64,000 bases of DNA from the NCBI GenBank assembly GCA_965649825.1, contig OZ287696.1, forward strand, positions 1,035,101-1,099,100. Direction: 5' to 3'. A model generated the notes under the pieces. That model did not search any database. It was not told where the DNA came from and saw only the letters and a list, made by a program, of their open reading frames with translations. Below, one piece after another: positions 46,495-58,288 of the stretch (within the stretch, counting starts at the first letter, position 1; every line of letters begins with the position of its first letter). This DNA comes from Penicillus capitatus. Lineage: Eukaryota > Plantae > Chlorophyta. The position numbers were made by a program, and so were the translations under genes.

Positions 46495-46800
46495 CACCAG
46501 CGGCTTCGCCTTCAGGGAGGACGACTCGGTAGACGCGTTGTTTCAGGCTTGGATAGTTTTTGCCATGTGCAGGACTGCGCCGATCTGCATCGAGGCAGAT
46601 CGACGGCAGTCTCATGCACATGGCAGTAGCTATGGGCTGTAGCTACGTCATTCTGAGCCGCCTCCATGTGCAGGACTGCGCCGATCTGCATCGAGGCAGA
46701 TCGGCGGCAGACTCATGCACATGGAGTAGCTACGTACAAGGTCTGCGCCGATCTGCATCGAGGCAGATCGACGGCAGACTCATGTACACGCCCCTTGCTG
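46495..46800 (-). repeat. Hairpin array 3 (three units plus tail)
   Basis: Units at 46562-46624, 46663-46723 and 46733-46786. Confidence 0.9.
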
Positions 46801-47079
46801 TCCATGGGCTGATGTCTGCATGATTCACACGCGTCTCCTCCGACCTCCTCAGCCACTCCAGATTCGTCCCGCGTCGTACGCTCGACTCGCTCTCCACTAC
46901 GGAGACTGCATCCTCCGTCCTGCGCGCAGAGTGAGGAAAGGGATCCCTGGCAGAGAGGATGGGCACCTTTTAACAAACCTCTTCGGTCTTATGTGGTTTG
47001 GCTTCCTGGCATCTCGAGGTATGACTCTTCGCGCCTTCTTGTCTTCTTCGTCTCCTTTCGGCTCTCTGGCAGCCTTCAG

Positions 47080-47755
47080 CGATCTCTTGGGGCGTCGATC
47101 GCGGCTCAGTCGCACCACCTGCTGGTAGGCGACATTCGTCTTCTGGGCGATGTCCTCTCTCTCCCAATCGAGCGGATCCATGTCCTCCATCAGCTCGTGG
47201 AGCGTCATCCACTTGGACGTTCGTCATCGTCTTCGGGCTGAACAAGTTGCCGATGACGCACACCTCCGACGCCACGGCAGCCGGAAAGAAGGACCTCATC
47301 AGCTGACGGCGGTGCTGTGAGAAAACGGACTCCAGTCGCAGCCAGTACGCTTCGAGGCACTCCGCCGTGTCGAGGGCGCATCGAACGTCCGCCGTTGGGT
47401 CGGATTCGTTCCGTCAAATGCTTCGGGCTCCTCGATGATTCCTAGAAACGCGGTGTTCAGCAGACTTGTCTTTCGTCTGCGGAGATGGCGAGACCTGTGT
47501 CGTGTGCGATGAACTTCGAGGATTCCAGCAGCCGCGCCCCGCTCGTGTTCGCGGAACGCTGCCCTCGATCAGCTGCAGCCGGCAGAGGAGGCCGAGCAGA
47601 TCTGCCAGCCGGTTACGGGACAGCCGATCGACGAGGAGCTCGGGCTCCTCAGGCGGCACCTGGTCCATGCGCCGATCGCGGTGGGCGATGGACTCGATCC
47701 CTTCCGACTCCTTGCTCTTCCCCACCACCTGGAGGTAGAGATCGGCCTGGAAGGA
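47080..47755 (-). pseudogene. TFIIIC (GTF3C1)-like fragment, second copy
   Basis: SFQADLYLQVVGKSKESEG...DRLSRNRLADLLGLLCRLQLIEG; REDIAQKTNVAYQQVV. Confidence 0.6.
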
Positions 47756-48379
47756 GTCTCTGAAGCTGCCGGGTCTCGAGCTTCTTCTCTGGACGCTGGG
47801 AGGCACGACTCGGCGGCGCAGGTGCTTCCCTCCGCCGCCGCAAAGCCGCCGGCCTTTCAGTTCTGCCAGACACACCCCCAAGTGAAACGGATCCAGAGAG
47901 AGAGGGAGTACGTACCTTGGCGACGAAGGGGAATTCTTTGCGCTGGAGGCGACGGTTGCGTGTCAGGTCTTGGACTCGGCTGGGAAGGAGTCCCGGAGCT
48001 GCCGAGGGGTGAAGCCGTAGTCCACCGCGAGCAGTGGCGCACAGTTCAGAAAAGCGGAAATGCGAAAACTGGTATGGCGCCTCGCGTTTTATGGTCGAGG
48101 ATGTGACAGCTGCAACAAATTCGACCGCGGTTAGCCAATCAGAATGCGCGATTTTCTCCGCGGCAGTCTGACGTCGGACGAAAATGGGTCGAACGTCACT
48201 TCGCTCGGCAGGCAACCTACCACATCGCCAGTGAACTGATCTCACAGTGGAGAGACATCGAGACGATGATGGTCGGCATGGTCTCTTCCAGGAAGACCAG
48301 ATCCCTCGTCTTCTCGTGCTGCATGGGCAAGCGAATCTGCTCACCACACCCCTTTGCTCCCGAGCGACGGATGGAGGCT

Positions 48380-48950
48380 GAGTCTATCGTCTGATTTGCT
48401 GTCATTTGCTGCATGGAGCTGTCACAGTCTTTCTTCTGTCTTGCTGTTTGAGGCTGTCGCTGTCCTATTTCCTGTTTTGCTGAGTAGAGGCTATCAGGGT
48501 CCTTTTTGTTATCTTGCTGTGAATGGAGGCCGTTCTCGTCTGATTTGCTGTTTTTGATGCACGGAGGCTGCTGCAATCCTATTTGCTATGCCGCACTTTA
48601 TGGCCGTCATCGTTCTGTTTGCTGTCTGCCATGGCTGGAGGCTTTGTGGTCTTACCTGCTGCTTGTCCGTTTTATGATGCCTCAAGGCTCTCACGGTCCA
48701 ATTTGCCGTTGTTTGCTAATGGAGGCTCTCGTGGTCTTTCTGTTTTGCTGTTTTCTGATGTATGAAGACTGTCGCGGTCCTTTTTTGCTGCTGTACTTTG
48801 AGGCTGTCTTCGTCCTACTTGACGTCTGCCGTTGCTGGAGGCTGAGTGTTGTCGTCTCATCTGCAGTCATCTGCTGCATGGAGCTGTCACGGCCTTATCT
48901 GCCGTCTTGCACTTTGAGGTTGTCTTCGTCATATTTATTGTTTTCCTGAG
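48380..48950 (-). repeat. Degenerate GACAGCCTC/CAGCA-rich tandem repeats abutting duplication 2
   Basis: Recurrent gaggctgtc, atttgctg and ctgcatggagctgtcac blocks on the + strand. Confidence 0.65.
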
Positions 48951-48999
48951 TGGGCGAAGGATACACGTCACTTTGCACATGCTACTGCGAGAAATCCTA

Positions 49000-51400
49000 C
49001 CCTTCGACCAAATGTTCCGTCCCAATTATTACCTGTTGTAATACAAGACCCATGTGGTTACACCACAACTGCTGCATCGAGGAAATGCCATTTGAATCGT
49101 TAAGTGAGATAAAGAAAGTAAGTCACTCCTGTACGTCGCCCAGATTCCTGACTTTTCTGTCGTCCTAGAGTACTCATGATAAGCAACCAGTTTGCATACT
49201 GGATCGGAGGCTATTGATTCATTCTTGAGTGTTTTGTGCGAGTCTGGATCTCTTGGAGTGGATGGACGAATGTACACATGCTGAAGAAAACAGGAGTGAG
49301 AAGGCTCCTGTTCTGATGGCAACGACGAGATATGGTTGTTCGAGCACAGACACTGTGTTGGAGCACCTTTTGCTGCCAGATGACCGACATAGACTGCCAT
49401 TTGTCAAATCCTTTACGGTAAGACCTGTTGTGTTTTCAGAATATATCGTGATCCAGTCCATGCAGAAAATGTCTGGAGGAAAGATCCAGTCAGTGAGTGT
49501 ACCTGCAAGAGACGAAGAAAGAACATGTCAAAGCGGATCCAGTCAAGGGAGCATCGGAGACACATCGGCACAGAACAACAAGATACCCGACCATAACTTG
49601 CGATCTTTCAGAGAAACTGAATCTGTCACCCTTCCGTGAGGCTGAAGACGACGTCGTTGGCTCTAAGAAGACACATCTGTCCAGAATCCGTTATCTTGTC
49701 TGGAATGAAAGCTTTGTTCAAAAGATCCTGGAAAGCACGTTCAGAGAAGCTGGATGGATCATCCTTTCCCTCTCAGGAGACACGAAACAAAGTCAGTTCG
49801 ATCCAGATGCACCAAGATGCAGACGATATCGCGAAATCTTCGGGATCTAGCTGATACAAGGAAGGATCTGCCGAAGGAAATCAAGCCGTTCTTTACAACA
49901 ACAAAGAGAACGTTCAGCACCTAAGAGATGAAGTGGATTGTCATTGAGAGTGATCTTCACAGGAGAACCTTTTCACAGTTCGAAGATATCACAGTTCGAA
50001 GATATCACATTTCTTCAGAACCCTTCGTGCTGTTGGCGTGAACGTCCATCTGGGAGGATTCTGGAAAACACATCTGGAGAAGTCACTCTGAGTCACTCCT
50101 GATCTAGGAAAACAAAACAACAACCAGTCTGTACGAAATACGCCAAGATGAAGAACCTGATCTTGACACAGACCATTTGGAATCCAGCTGATGTACATAC
50201 CATAGACCAAGTGTCATGCATCCAGTAGAATCAATCACAGTTTCTTCTGCACAGTCGTTTAGCAGCCAGTGGAGGAGTGGATCGCCTTTTGTGAGTTATC
50301 TCTTGCAACTGGAGAAAGCTTATCGTTCAGTCCAGAGATGCCACACTTGCTTGCCCAAATCTCAATCTATTGGCTGGTATATAGTTCTTGTCAATTGTGC
50401 CAGGGTAGCATATCTCAAGAAGTCTGCGTAGGATAACAACAGTGCTGTACCTCACAGGTGAGGTCATCTAATGGAGTCCCATGGTTAGATGATATTCCCC
50501 AGGCCCTTTCGAAGATAGGGATGCTGTTGAGGAGATGGCCAGATCTCTGTCAGGACAAGACAAGGGGTCCACGATCATCAAAGAAAAGAGATTGATCATG
50601 TGACATTTTGAGATCGTGGAACTTCGCATTGACATGATCATCAAGACACACCGACAGATCCATAGCTGCTGTCCATCCATGCCTGTTCTCCCATAAAAAA
50701 CTTACACTTCATTAAGTTAGTCACACTTAAAACCATAGTGCTCTTTTGACCATTTTTGCCATGCAGTGAACAGATTTCTCTCTAAGAGCAACGAAGGCGT
50801 AATAATAGATTGGAGGGAAGTGATGCGTCCTAAATCAGTCAGGGTTCCTCATCCAGGCATCAATGAATTGTCCGCTGAACTACAGTCTCAACGGAAAGGA
50901 ACCCCAAACTACTAATACCGCCGGAGCAGAGATGTCAGTCTTGAACGCGACCCATCAATAGAAGCACTTCTGGACTGAAGCTGATGCAGGCTATCAGATT
51001 TGAGTCTGCTCAAACAGCGCCTACTCGAAGGATGCAATCTAAAGGTTAGACCATTCTTTACACAGACTCTTCTCTAAACGATAAAATAGTTCACAGAGAT
51101 GAGACAAGCCATTCTGCTGGAGAGATGCGGTTCGACAGACATGACCGAAGGAAGAGCCCTCTCTCAGAAATTCGGTCATCCACAGATCCAAACATTCCTC
51201 CTTTGGACGAACGGGGAGTGGAAACGTCGAAGCCGCAGTCAGTCTAGACACGAAGACAGAATCTAGAAGCTTGCTTAAGTTCATCACCAGACGAAGATCA
51301 CTGTCAGCTGCTTTGTCGATGCTGCCATCGACTCTTGGCCAATCAGGATGGTCCCATACTCCACTTCTGTGTTCAACACAGCAAGAGACATATCACCGAA
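49000..51400 (-). pseudogene. Long decayed, apparently intronless reading frame of unknown origin
   Basis: Protein-like stretches in the same or adjacent minus frames broken by sparse stops (GVWDHPDWPRVDG...CKEWSNL*, FIDAWMRNPD*FRTHHFPP, FLWENRHGW..., YISWIPNGLCQDQ). Family not recognised. Confidence 0.35.
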
Positions 51401-51779
51401 TCATTTAATCAAGAGTAAGACAGCTACCCATCTCTTTTCTTGTTTAGACATCCGATTGAATGATAGACCCGGACAGCAAACCGACTGAGCGCACGAAGAG
51501 TCCAAGATTTGTGGCTGACAAAACAGGCTGCATGAACTAGGGAGCATGCATGAAGCTGAAGCATAGCCATCGCAAGATCCAGAGGACATGAAGACCGCAT
51601 CCACATGCTAGCTGTGTGCTGCCTCTTCTCCACCCCGAGGCAGCAGCGTCGCACACCCCTCGCGGCACCAGCGGGTAGGGCCTTGGCGACCTGCCCGCCT
51701 TTCGGGGTCGCGCACATGGGGCAGGAGTGTGCATACTGCCGATGAACGGCGGTAGTGTGCTGCTCTCGGACACCCGGGA

Positions 51780-52030
51780 CCGTGTTTTACCTCCCTCCCT
51801 CTCGGGTGTCTCTTGTGTCTCTCACTGTTTTTCTTTCTCCTTTTCCATTCTCGTGTTCTCTTCATCCCTCCCTGCTTACCTGTTTCATTTGTCTTCCTTT
51901 TCCTTGCATGTTTATCTTTCCTTTTCCTTTTCTTGCCTGTATGCTCACCTACCTGCATGTGTCTGCCCTGCTGTGTTTGCTGTTTTTCTTTCTTGTCTGT
52001 GTGTTATCGGGTCCCTTTTCCTTCTTTGAT
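51780..52030 (+). repeat. Polypyrimidine/polypurine low-complexity tract
   Basis: About 250 nt dominated by C and T on the + strand. Confidence 0.8.
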
Positions 52031-52167
52031 GTCATTGACCCCTTACCTTCATGTCCGCGCTGCGCGCCGTTGCATGGAGAGCGGTACACCTACCTCCCAG
52101 TAGTCGACCACATCAGTTGCATTTCGTTCTCCTCGCGCACCCTGACTGGAATCGGTGCCAGTGTTCG

Positions 52168-53045
52168 TTCAGGGTGACCTCCCGCGCCGCACTGTGAGGC
52201 GTCGCTCGCCGACCGTAAGTCTTTCCTCTGCAAACACACAGTCTCTGACACTTTCTTTGCAGACTTTGTGGCGAGGTGGGCATCTCTTCGTCCTTTAACC
52301 ACCATTCTGAGATTTTTTTGTTACACATCACACCTTGATGAAGAGTGATATTCACAGACTACCTTGAACCCCCATCGAGATGCTTTTCACTCGAGATCAC
52401 ATTTGCCAAGAGAATGAGACTAACGAGACTTGCTTAAACCGCCATTGCAACACTTTCAATGAATGGACATCACACTTTTTCAAGAAGTGATTTTTACAAA
52501 CATTGTTCAAGAATTCAATCTCCATTCCTCCAACGTTGTTTACGCTACGAGCGAACGCTAAAATCGTCGTCTTTCTGACTATAGTCGAGGGTGTTTTTGG
52601 ACGCATTGCATCGTCAAGCTCGAAGATGTCTGGAATTTACAGATCTTTTCGGTGCAGCCGCTTTCACCGACACATAGAGACGACGCTACTCCGAGCAGGC
52701 CCATCGACCTACGTACCGAATCTCACAAACTTCGTCGCCCTATTCGACCGAGGACAATTGTTAGCTCATCGTGTGGCGCAATCTGAATGTCTGCTAACAC
52801 CACAGCGCCACGCTTCTCCGAGAGGCTTGCATATGAGCGCCGGGTGTCCGAATAGTGCCCGAGATGTCGGAAGCGTGCCCGTAGATGAGACGAGACTTGT
52901 GGCGGCTGTGTCGAAGAAGTGGCGACAGGAGAGTGGCAGACGAGAACCCCATCGCTATGCCGGACTCTGAGCAGTCACAACTCGCCCTTTCAGCTTGCAG
53001 GTCAAATCCAAACGTCATGAATCACGTTTCGCTCGGTACTGGCGC
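52168..53045 (-). repeat. Unknown dispersed family R, copy 4 (distal part only)
   Basis: Direct repeat of ~34582-35470, e.g. gcgccgcactg.gaggcgtcgctcgccgaccgtaa and gcatcgtcaagctcgaagatgtctggaat.tacagatct. Confidence 0.8.
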
Positions 53046-54946
53046 CTGTAAGACCACTCGTGGCAAAACAGAAAGCCGCTGCTTGTCGGCGACAGGAAGC
53101 GGTGATTCCTCGAAGAGGGAGAGAGCTTTGCAAATCGCACGATGTGTTTCTGCTCGAGTGATTTGTCCGAGATGTGTCTGACGAGCTCCTCACTGTGAAT
53201 ATCTCAGCAGATCGGCGTACGATCATGAAAAGCTCCATGTATATCGACATCATTGTCGACGACAACTTCGACGGCCGGTTCACGGCGTCTTGCGACAGGT
53301 GCCATTAAGGAAGGCAGTGTTCAGTCGGTGTCCTGGTCTCAAAGGATGTTTGTTTTGTGTGCACGTATCCCAACGCGGTGCTGCTGGCGCAGGGGCAGAT
53401 CAATCGACTACACGACTAAAGGAAGCACCGGCTCGCTCAGAGGCCGTGTCGGTTCTAGCGCCGTGTTCTATCTTCTCGCGCACATCAGTCTGTAGTACTA
53501 TCGTGCCGGAAAGCTGTGGTAGACCGGAACACTCCTTTCCCTGGTGATCTCAGCTACACCGACCGTGATTATAGCTTTGCATTACCAAGGAAGGGAGAAG
53601 GTGTTTCCTGCTTGGGTGTTCGCAATCCTCCGCGGAGCGATGTCGCTGATCTATGTCGGATCCCTTTTCCTGGACCCCGGCTAAAGAAGAAGACGAGTGA
53701 GCAGTGTTCGCTTCGTGACATGACGTGGTGTGGGTGTAGTTACATGACATGTAAGGAACGCATTGAAAACGCTGCCGATGTCGCAGATGTATACTCATAT
53801 ACTGCAACGCTCACTGTAACAGAGTATTCGTCGTTTTAAGATCGCCATGGATCATGCAGGAGTGGAGGCTTGAGACAACGTGCGGTACATCCCAGGTGAA
53901 GAAGCAGCGATGAATGGTCACTGGCAGATAGATGTGCGACCTCCGTTAAACCGTTAGTTATCGACACCTGTTCACTTTACCAAACTAAAGGCTGAGATAA
54001 AGCGCTCTGCAAGAGTCCTGCTTGAACGAATCTGTTGCCGTTGCCGATCGTCTCGCACTCTTCGTGCGATCTTTGCTTGCGGCGCCGAGATTGGGAACGT
54101 CGATGGCAGCCTTAGTTACAACACGATTAAATGATCCGTGATTCAATGCCGCTTCTCCACGCCTAAGCGTTACAACCGAGGAGTCGTCGTCGAGCTACAG
54201 TTTACATGTGAGATCAGATGGCACGTGGCAGCGAGATTTCTCGGGTGACGGCCTGTGTTCACGAAGAGGCCAAGACGTACTGCCAAGGATCGAGAAACAA
54301 TGGACTGACGTCCATAATCGAGGTGGTTGGGGCTGGGTTCTGGTCCAGGAGCAGAGATCTAATCGTAGACATCGCGATGTAAACTTGAAGCGAGACGTAC
54401 TAATGAATACTAATCTGCCTCGTACAATAGGTAATACGGCACAAACGCATCATCTGAATGACGCCGCATTTGTTTGTTCGTTCGCCTGCCGCTGACCGGT
54501 CGTGTCACTCTGGATTGCCTGCCATCTCACCTACGAGGGTCTCGTCTCTTCCTCTCAGAAAAGGAGAGTGAAGTTCGCACACCATTTCCGTCTCTGCGCG
54601 TAGCGTAATAGAAATCCGCATAGATAATAATGACAGTGCGTTTTCGCGGAACGTTGTGAGATCTCGACGACGAACTTTGCAGACAATGCCGTCGACACAC
54701 AAGCTCGTGAGAGAAGTAAACCACCATAAATGCGAGATCTCGAACCCAAAGCGTTCTCCGCTCGACGATATCACACAGCACGACGTCAGAGAATCGGCAA
54801 TGGCGTGATGTAGGCACGCATTGCAGTCACGAACAGGTAAAATCGAGAGAGTTCGGACATTTCGCGGCGAGCGTTTTGTCTTGTCTAGACATCTAACATC
54901 GCCATCGACTACTTAATGAAACCATAACAAGCTATGCAGTCTGCAT

Positions 54947-56431
54947 TTATAGCCCGTGCGCTCTGTCTCTTCTGGCAGCTGTCGATCGAGACAGAGTGGA
55001 AAAGCGTGTCGCAGGACTTACGTCCCGTTCGGCATCGAATGGAGAACACAAGCGATCGTCGTCGCCGGCTTTCTTTCTTCTTTTGGCAAGGAGCGTCAAA
55101 GAACCGGATCGTCTTCCACCGAGAGAGAACAGTTGAGAATGACGAACAAACGGCGTTTGGGTCGGTCGTCGATCCGCACTCTCCATTGGCTGGAGGTCGA
55201 TCTGAGGCAAGCGGGATCCGTCTGCGAGGTCGCCCATCTGTCCTCCATGCATCCAGACAACCGATTCAGCTCTTCCTGAGCCCACGCGCTCATCGTGCAT
55301 GCGATGCTGTTGTCGGCTCAGATCGCATTCTGCCACGTCGCATATCAAACTCTGCTTGTGCTTTCTCTTCGTCACGTTTCCGCAGAGCAGCTTCTCTGCC
55401 AAGACCAACTCGGCCTGCTCCACCAGATCCGACGCTTCGCTGTGGACAGATCTCCTCGCCGCGACAGGGAACGGCGTTTCCCCGCTTTCCCTCTGCCTTC
55501 GAACTCGGGACGCGAATTCCTCTTCCGTGTAGGTTTCATTCGCGTCACCGATGTCCCACTGATCCAGACAGCGCATCCAGGTTGGCTGTCTCGCCTTTCT
55601 CTTGACCCTCTTCTCTGGCACCGCCGCGTCGCCGAACGTCGTCGAAACGATGGCATCCCTCTCTGCTGTCTCCACTGGACGCGATTTCGCATGGGCGCTG
55701 TCGGTGAAGTCTGCATCCTCGAAGAATCGACTCGCTTCCGCCAGCTCCATCAGCGATGTCACCATCTCCTTCTCTTCATCAGTGATGAGCAGCGACGGGA
55801 ATCGGATGGCGCGACGAATTCCTCCTTCCAATGCTCCTCTCCTGAGCAGTCGGACGTAGACGGCGTAGCAGTCCCGGATCCTCTGGTCCACCTTGAAATC
55901 GAAGGAATCCGCCGTCAAGTTTTTCCATTCGGCGTTGTGGTTCTGGTGCTTTTCGAGCCATCTCTGCATGTAATCCCTTCTGTCAATTCCCTTCGAAGCC
56001 TCTCCGCAAACACCGCACCGGGAACGGTAAGAGAGCCACGGCGTACCGAGTTCTCGACCCGCGGCGTGACGAAAACGAATCACGACCGAGAACCCTCGTG
56101 GCAGGCTGTAGCCTCCCGTCGAGTATCCGCTGTAAGACTGAGACATCGTGCAGCTGCAGTCTTCGCTCAGACAGTGGTCGCATGTCTCCTGACAACGTCT
56201 CCCGGAATCCGGACACGTCCAGCGACGACAGACATCTCCGTCAGTAGGCAGAGGGATGCCTCGACGCCAGCGAAAACAGGCATCGCACTGGAGCCACGAA
56301 TCCGATGCCTCGCTTCTCTTGGATGGAGCGCAGTAATAGGCCACACGTGCCAAAAAGAGCAGCGCTTGGGTACTGCCGCCACGGCAGGGATGATGCGTCG
56401 ACATGAGATATGAGGAGACAACGCAAGACAC
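54947..56431 (-). CDS. CW-type zinc finger protein
   Basis: 494-aa ORF with SDSWLQCDACFRWRRGIP...WTCPDSGRRC, the WVQCD.C.KWR...W.C pattern of zf-CW, plus extra Cys clusters. Confidence 0.7.
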   Translation of the reverse strand: MSCVVSSYLMSTHHPCRGGSTQALLFLARVAYYCAPSKRSEASDSWLQCDACFRWRRGIPLPTDGDVCRRWTCPDSGRRCQETCDHCLSEDCSCTMSQSYSGYSTGGYSLPRGFSVVIRFRHAAGRELGTPWLSYRSRCGVCGEASKGIDRRDYMQRWLEKHQNHNAEWKNLTADSFDFKVDQRIRDCYAVYVRLLRRGALEGGIRRAIRFPSLLITDEEKEMVTSLMELAEASRFFEDADFTDSAHAKSRPVETAERDAIVSTTFGDAAVPEKRVKRKARQPTWMRCLDQWDIGDANETYTEEEFASRVRRQRESGETPFPVAARRSVHSEASDLVEQAELVLAEKLLCGNVTKRKHKQSLICDVAECDLSRQQHRMHDERVGSGRAESVVWMHGGQMGDLADGSRLPQIDLQPMESADRRPTQTPFVRHSQLFSLGGRRSGSLTLLAKRRKKAGDDDRLCSPFDAERDVSPATRFSTLSRSTAARRDRAHGL

Positions 56432-57030
56432 GGAGATTTGACGTTGCTAAGTAGGCGGAATGATAAGATCGAGAATGGCACCGACCCGATCGCGACATCT
56501 CGTTTTCCGATCTGTCTAGCTAAGGCGGCGCTGCTTTCCGCGTCAGCAAGCAAACGGATTTCGCTTTCTGGATTTTCCACGTGCGCGACAGACGGAGATA
56601 GGAGTGCTATGTCGCGATCCAAGAGGGAGCAGAGAAAACAGTCAGCGAAGGAATCGACACCAGGCACCCAACCGGCAAACCTTGCGTGCACGCTCATCGC
56701 GGTCGATCTGTCGCAGATGTGTCGACGATCGAGACGGACACTCCCGTATCGCGTCCTCCGGAGGCAACAGGCGAAGTGCGGTGCGAGAAGAACGATTGCG
56801 TCCCGTCTGCAACCACACTGTGTAGAGTAGAGACGCGATGGAAGGAGAGCGGGCTGGAGTTTCTTTCTAGGAGATGAAGACGAGTCAGGCCACGATTGGC
56901 CAGAGGAGACGCCCGAGGGAAGAGGTTCCCGTCGTCGACCTCACCAATCCCGGACGAGTTCAGGAGGAAACGTCACTGCCCACCGAGTTAAGGGATCAAG
57001 AAGTCTACCTCCCTTCAGTGCGACTTCCCC

Positions 57031-57483
57031 TTGATGAACTGCGTCAGAATCTGTACGCTTGTCTCTCTGTCAGCAGCGGCGTATTCAATCGCGTCCTTCT
57101 TGCCGAGACACGTTTGCAGAACGAGGGGCAGAAATAATGGAGAGATTTTGCCTTCTCGATGGACGGCTCCAACAAAGAGGCGAATGGCGGCGCTGTGCGC
57201 GAATGCGGAAAACAACGTGCGTTCGTACGTGCTCTTGTCTCCAAACTGTGGCGACATCCTCTTCGTATCTTTCATTCGCGGAATCTCCGAAGAGATGCTG
57301 TTTCGAGGGGGACTGATCCCTGCTGTGTTTCCAGACTGGAGGGGCGCCGTCATTGTGGGCGTCGTCATTGGTGTTCTGCACGAAGTGGCTGGCCAGAATA
57401 ATGCTTTTGTCATCTGGGAGTCGTTCGTCTACAGCGAAGACACAGATGATCAATCTTGCGACACAGACATCGGAATCTGTTGA
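57031..57483 (+). pseudogene. CPBP/Abi (CAAX type II) intramembrane protease, partial or degenerate
   Basis: GISEEMLFRGGLIPAVFPDWRGAVIVGVVIGVLHEVAGQNNAFVIW carries motifs EE..FRG and ..LH. The later TM/His motif is not found. Confidence 0.55.
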
Positions 57484-58288
57484 CAACGACTCTCTTTTCT
57501 TGTCGGCTGGCGCTTTTCTTTACACAAGTGACGACACCTTGATTCCGTATTCAGTATCGGACACAAAAATGCGAAAAGTGTTTCCCAAAATGAAAATCAA
57601 AAGAGGTCGAGAATCAAATAAAGTCTCAATTAGCCTCTTGTCGAAGAAAGCATCCGCAGTGTGGAAGAGCATTCCGGATACTTCTGTGTGGTTCGTCCAG
57701 AACCAGTCACTCATCTCGTCGTTTCCTGCTTGTGCTTTCCTCCCTGTATCCTTGAAGAAGAAAAGAAGAGATCTTGCGAACAGGACGTGTGCATCCTTCT
57801 ATGATTTACAGGATGTCTTAAATCCCACGCCACACTTAGAGGTGTTCTGTCCCGTCCGAACGAAGCAAAATGGACTTGTCGTTGTTATGAACTTCTTGCG
57901 ATGTATGAGCTGACCTCGAAAAGACGTATCTGCCTTCGAACATTAGCAACTCGCTAAAGACTATGCATTCTCAAAACCTCTCGAAACATGCACATCATCG
58001 TCGATAAAGCAATCAGTTTCGTATTGGATCCGACAGACAGACGGTTTAGAAATCCATCACCTCTTTGAGGAACAGACGCTTGATACATTAAACAATATTC
58101 TGCACGAAATTGGAGAATTGACATGTGTAGATTTTCGCTGAAAGTTATTGCGCTCTCGACCACGAGCGACGATCGGATCCAAACGGATAGTGTGCTGGAT
58201 AGTTCATCTCATCCGCCGACTCGATCTCCGATTTGATCGGTTTTCTCGGGATAGAATAAAATGTGACAGCATCTGTTGATGATCGTCT

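Larger units (their letters stand above)
43960..48378 (-). repeat. Inverted duplication 2, right copy (mosaic cassette)
   Basis: Reverse complement of 20318-24734. Confidence 0.9.

Noticed and set aside
14623-48378. Duplications as an assembly or haplotype artefact
   Set aside because: The copies differ by many substitutions, indels, a 3.2-kb microhomology deletion and reciprocal gene lesions. Read-level confirmation is still advisable.
55295-56413. 372-aa + strand ORF (likewise 27086-28102 -, 18703-19596 +, 15771-16592 -)
   Set aside because: Antisense or alternate-frame shadows of GC-rich real genes (zf-CW, PDE12, RRP12), with no motifs of their own.
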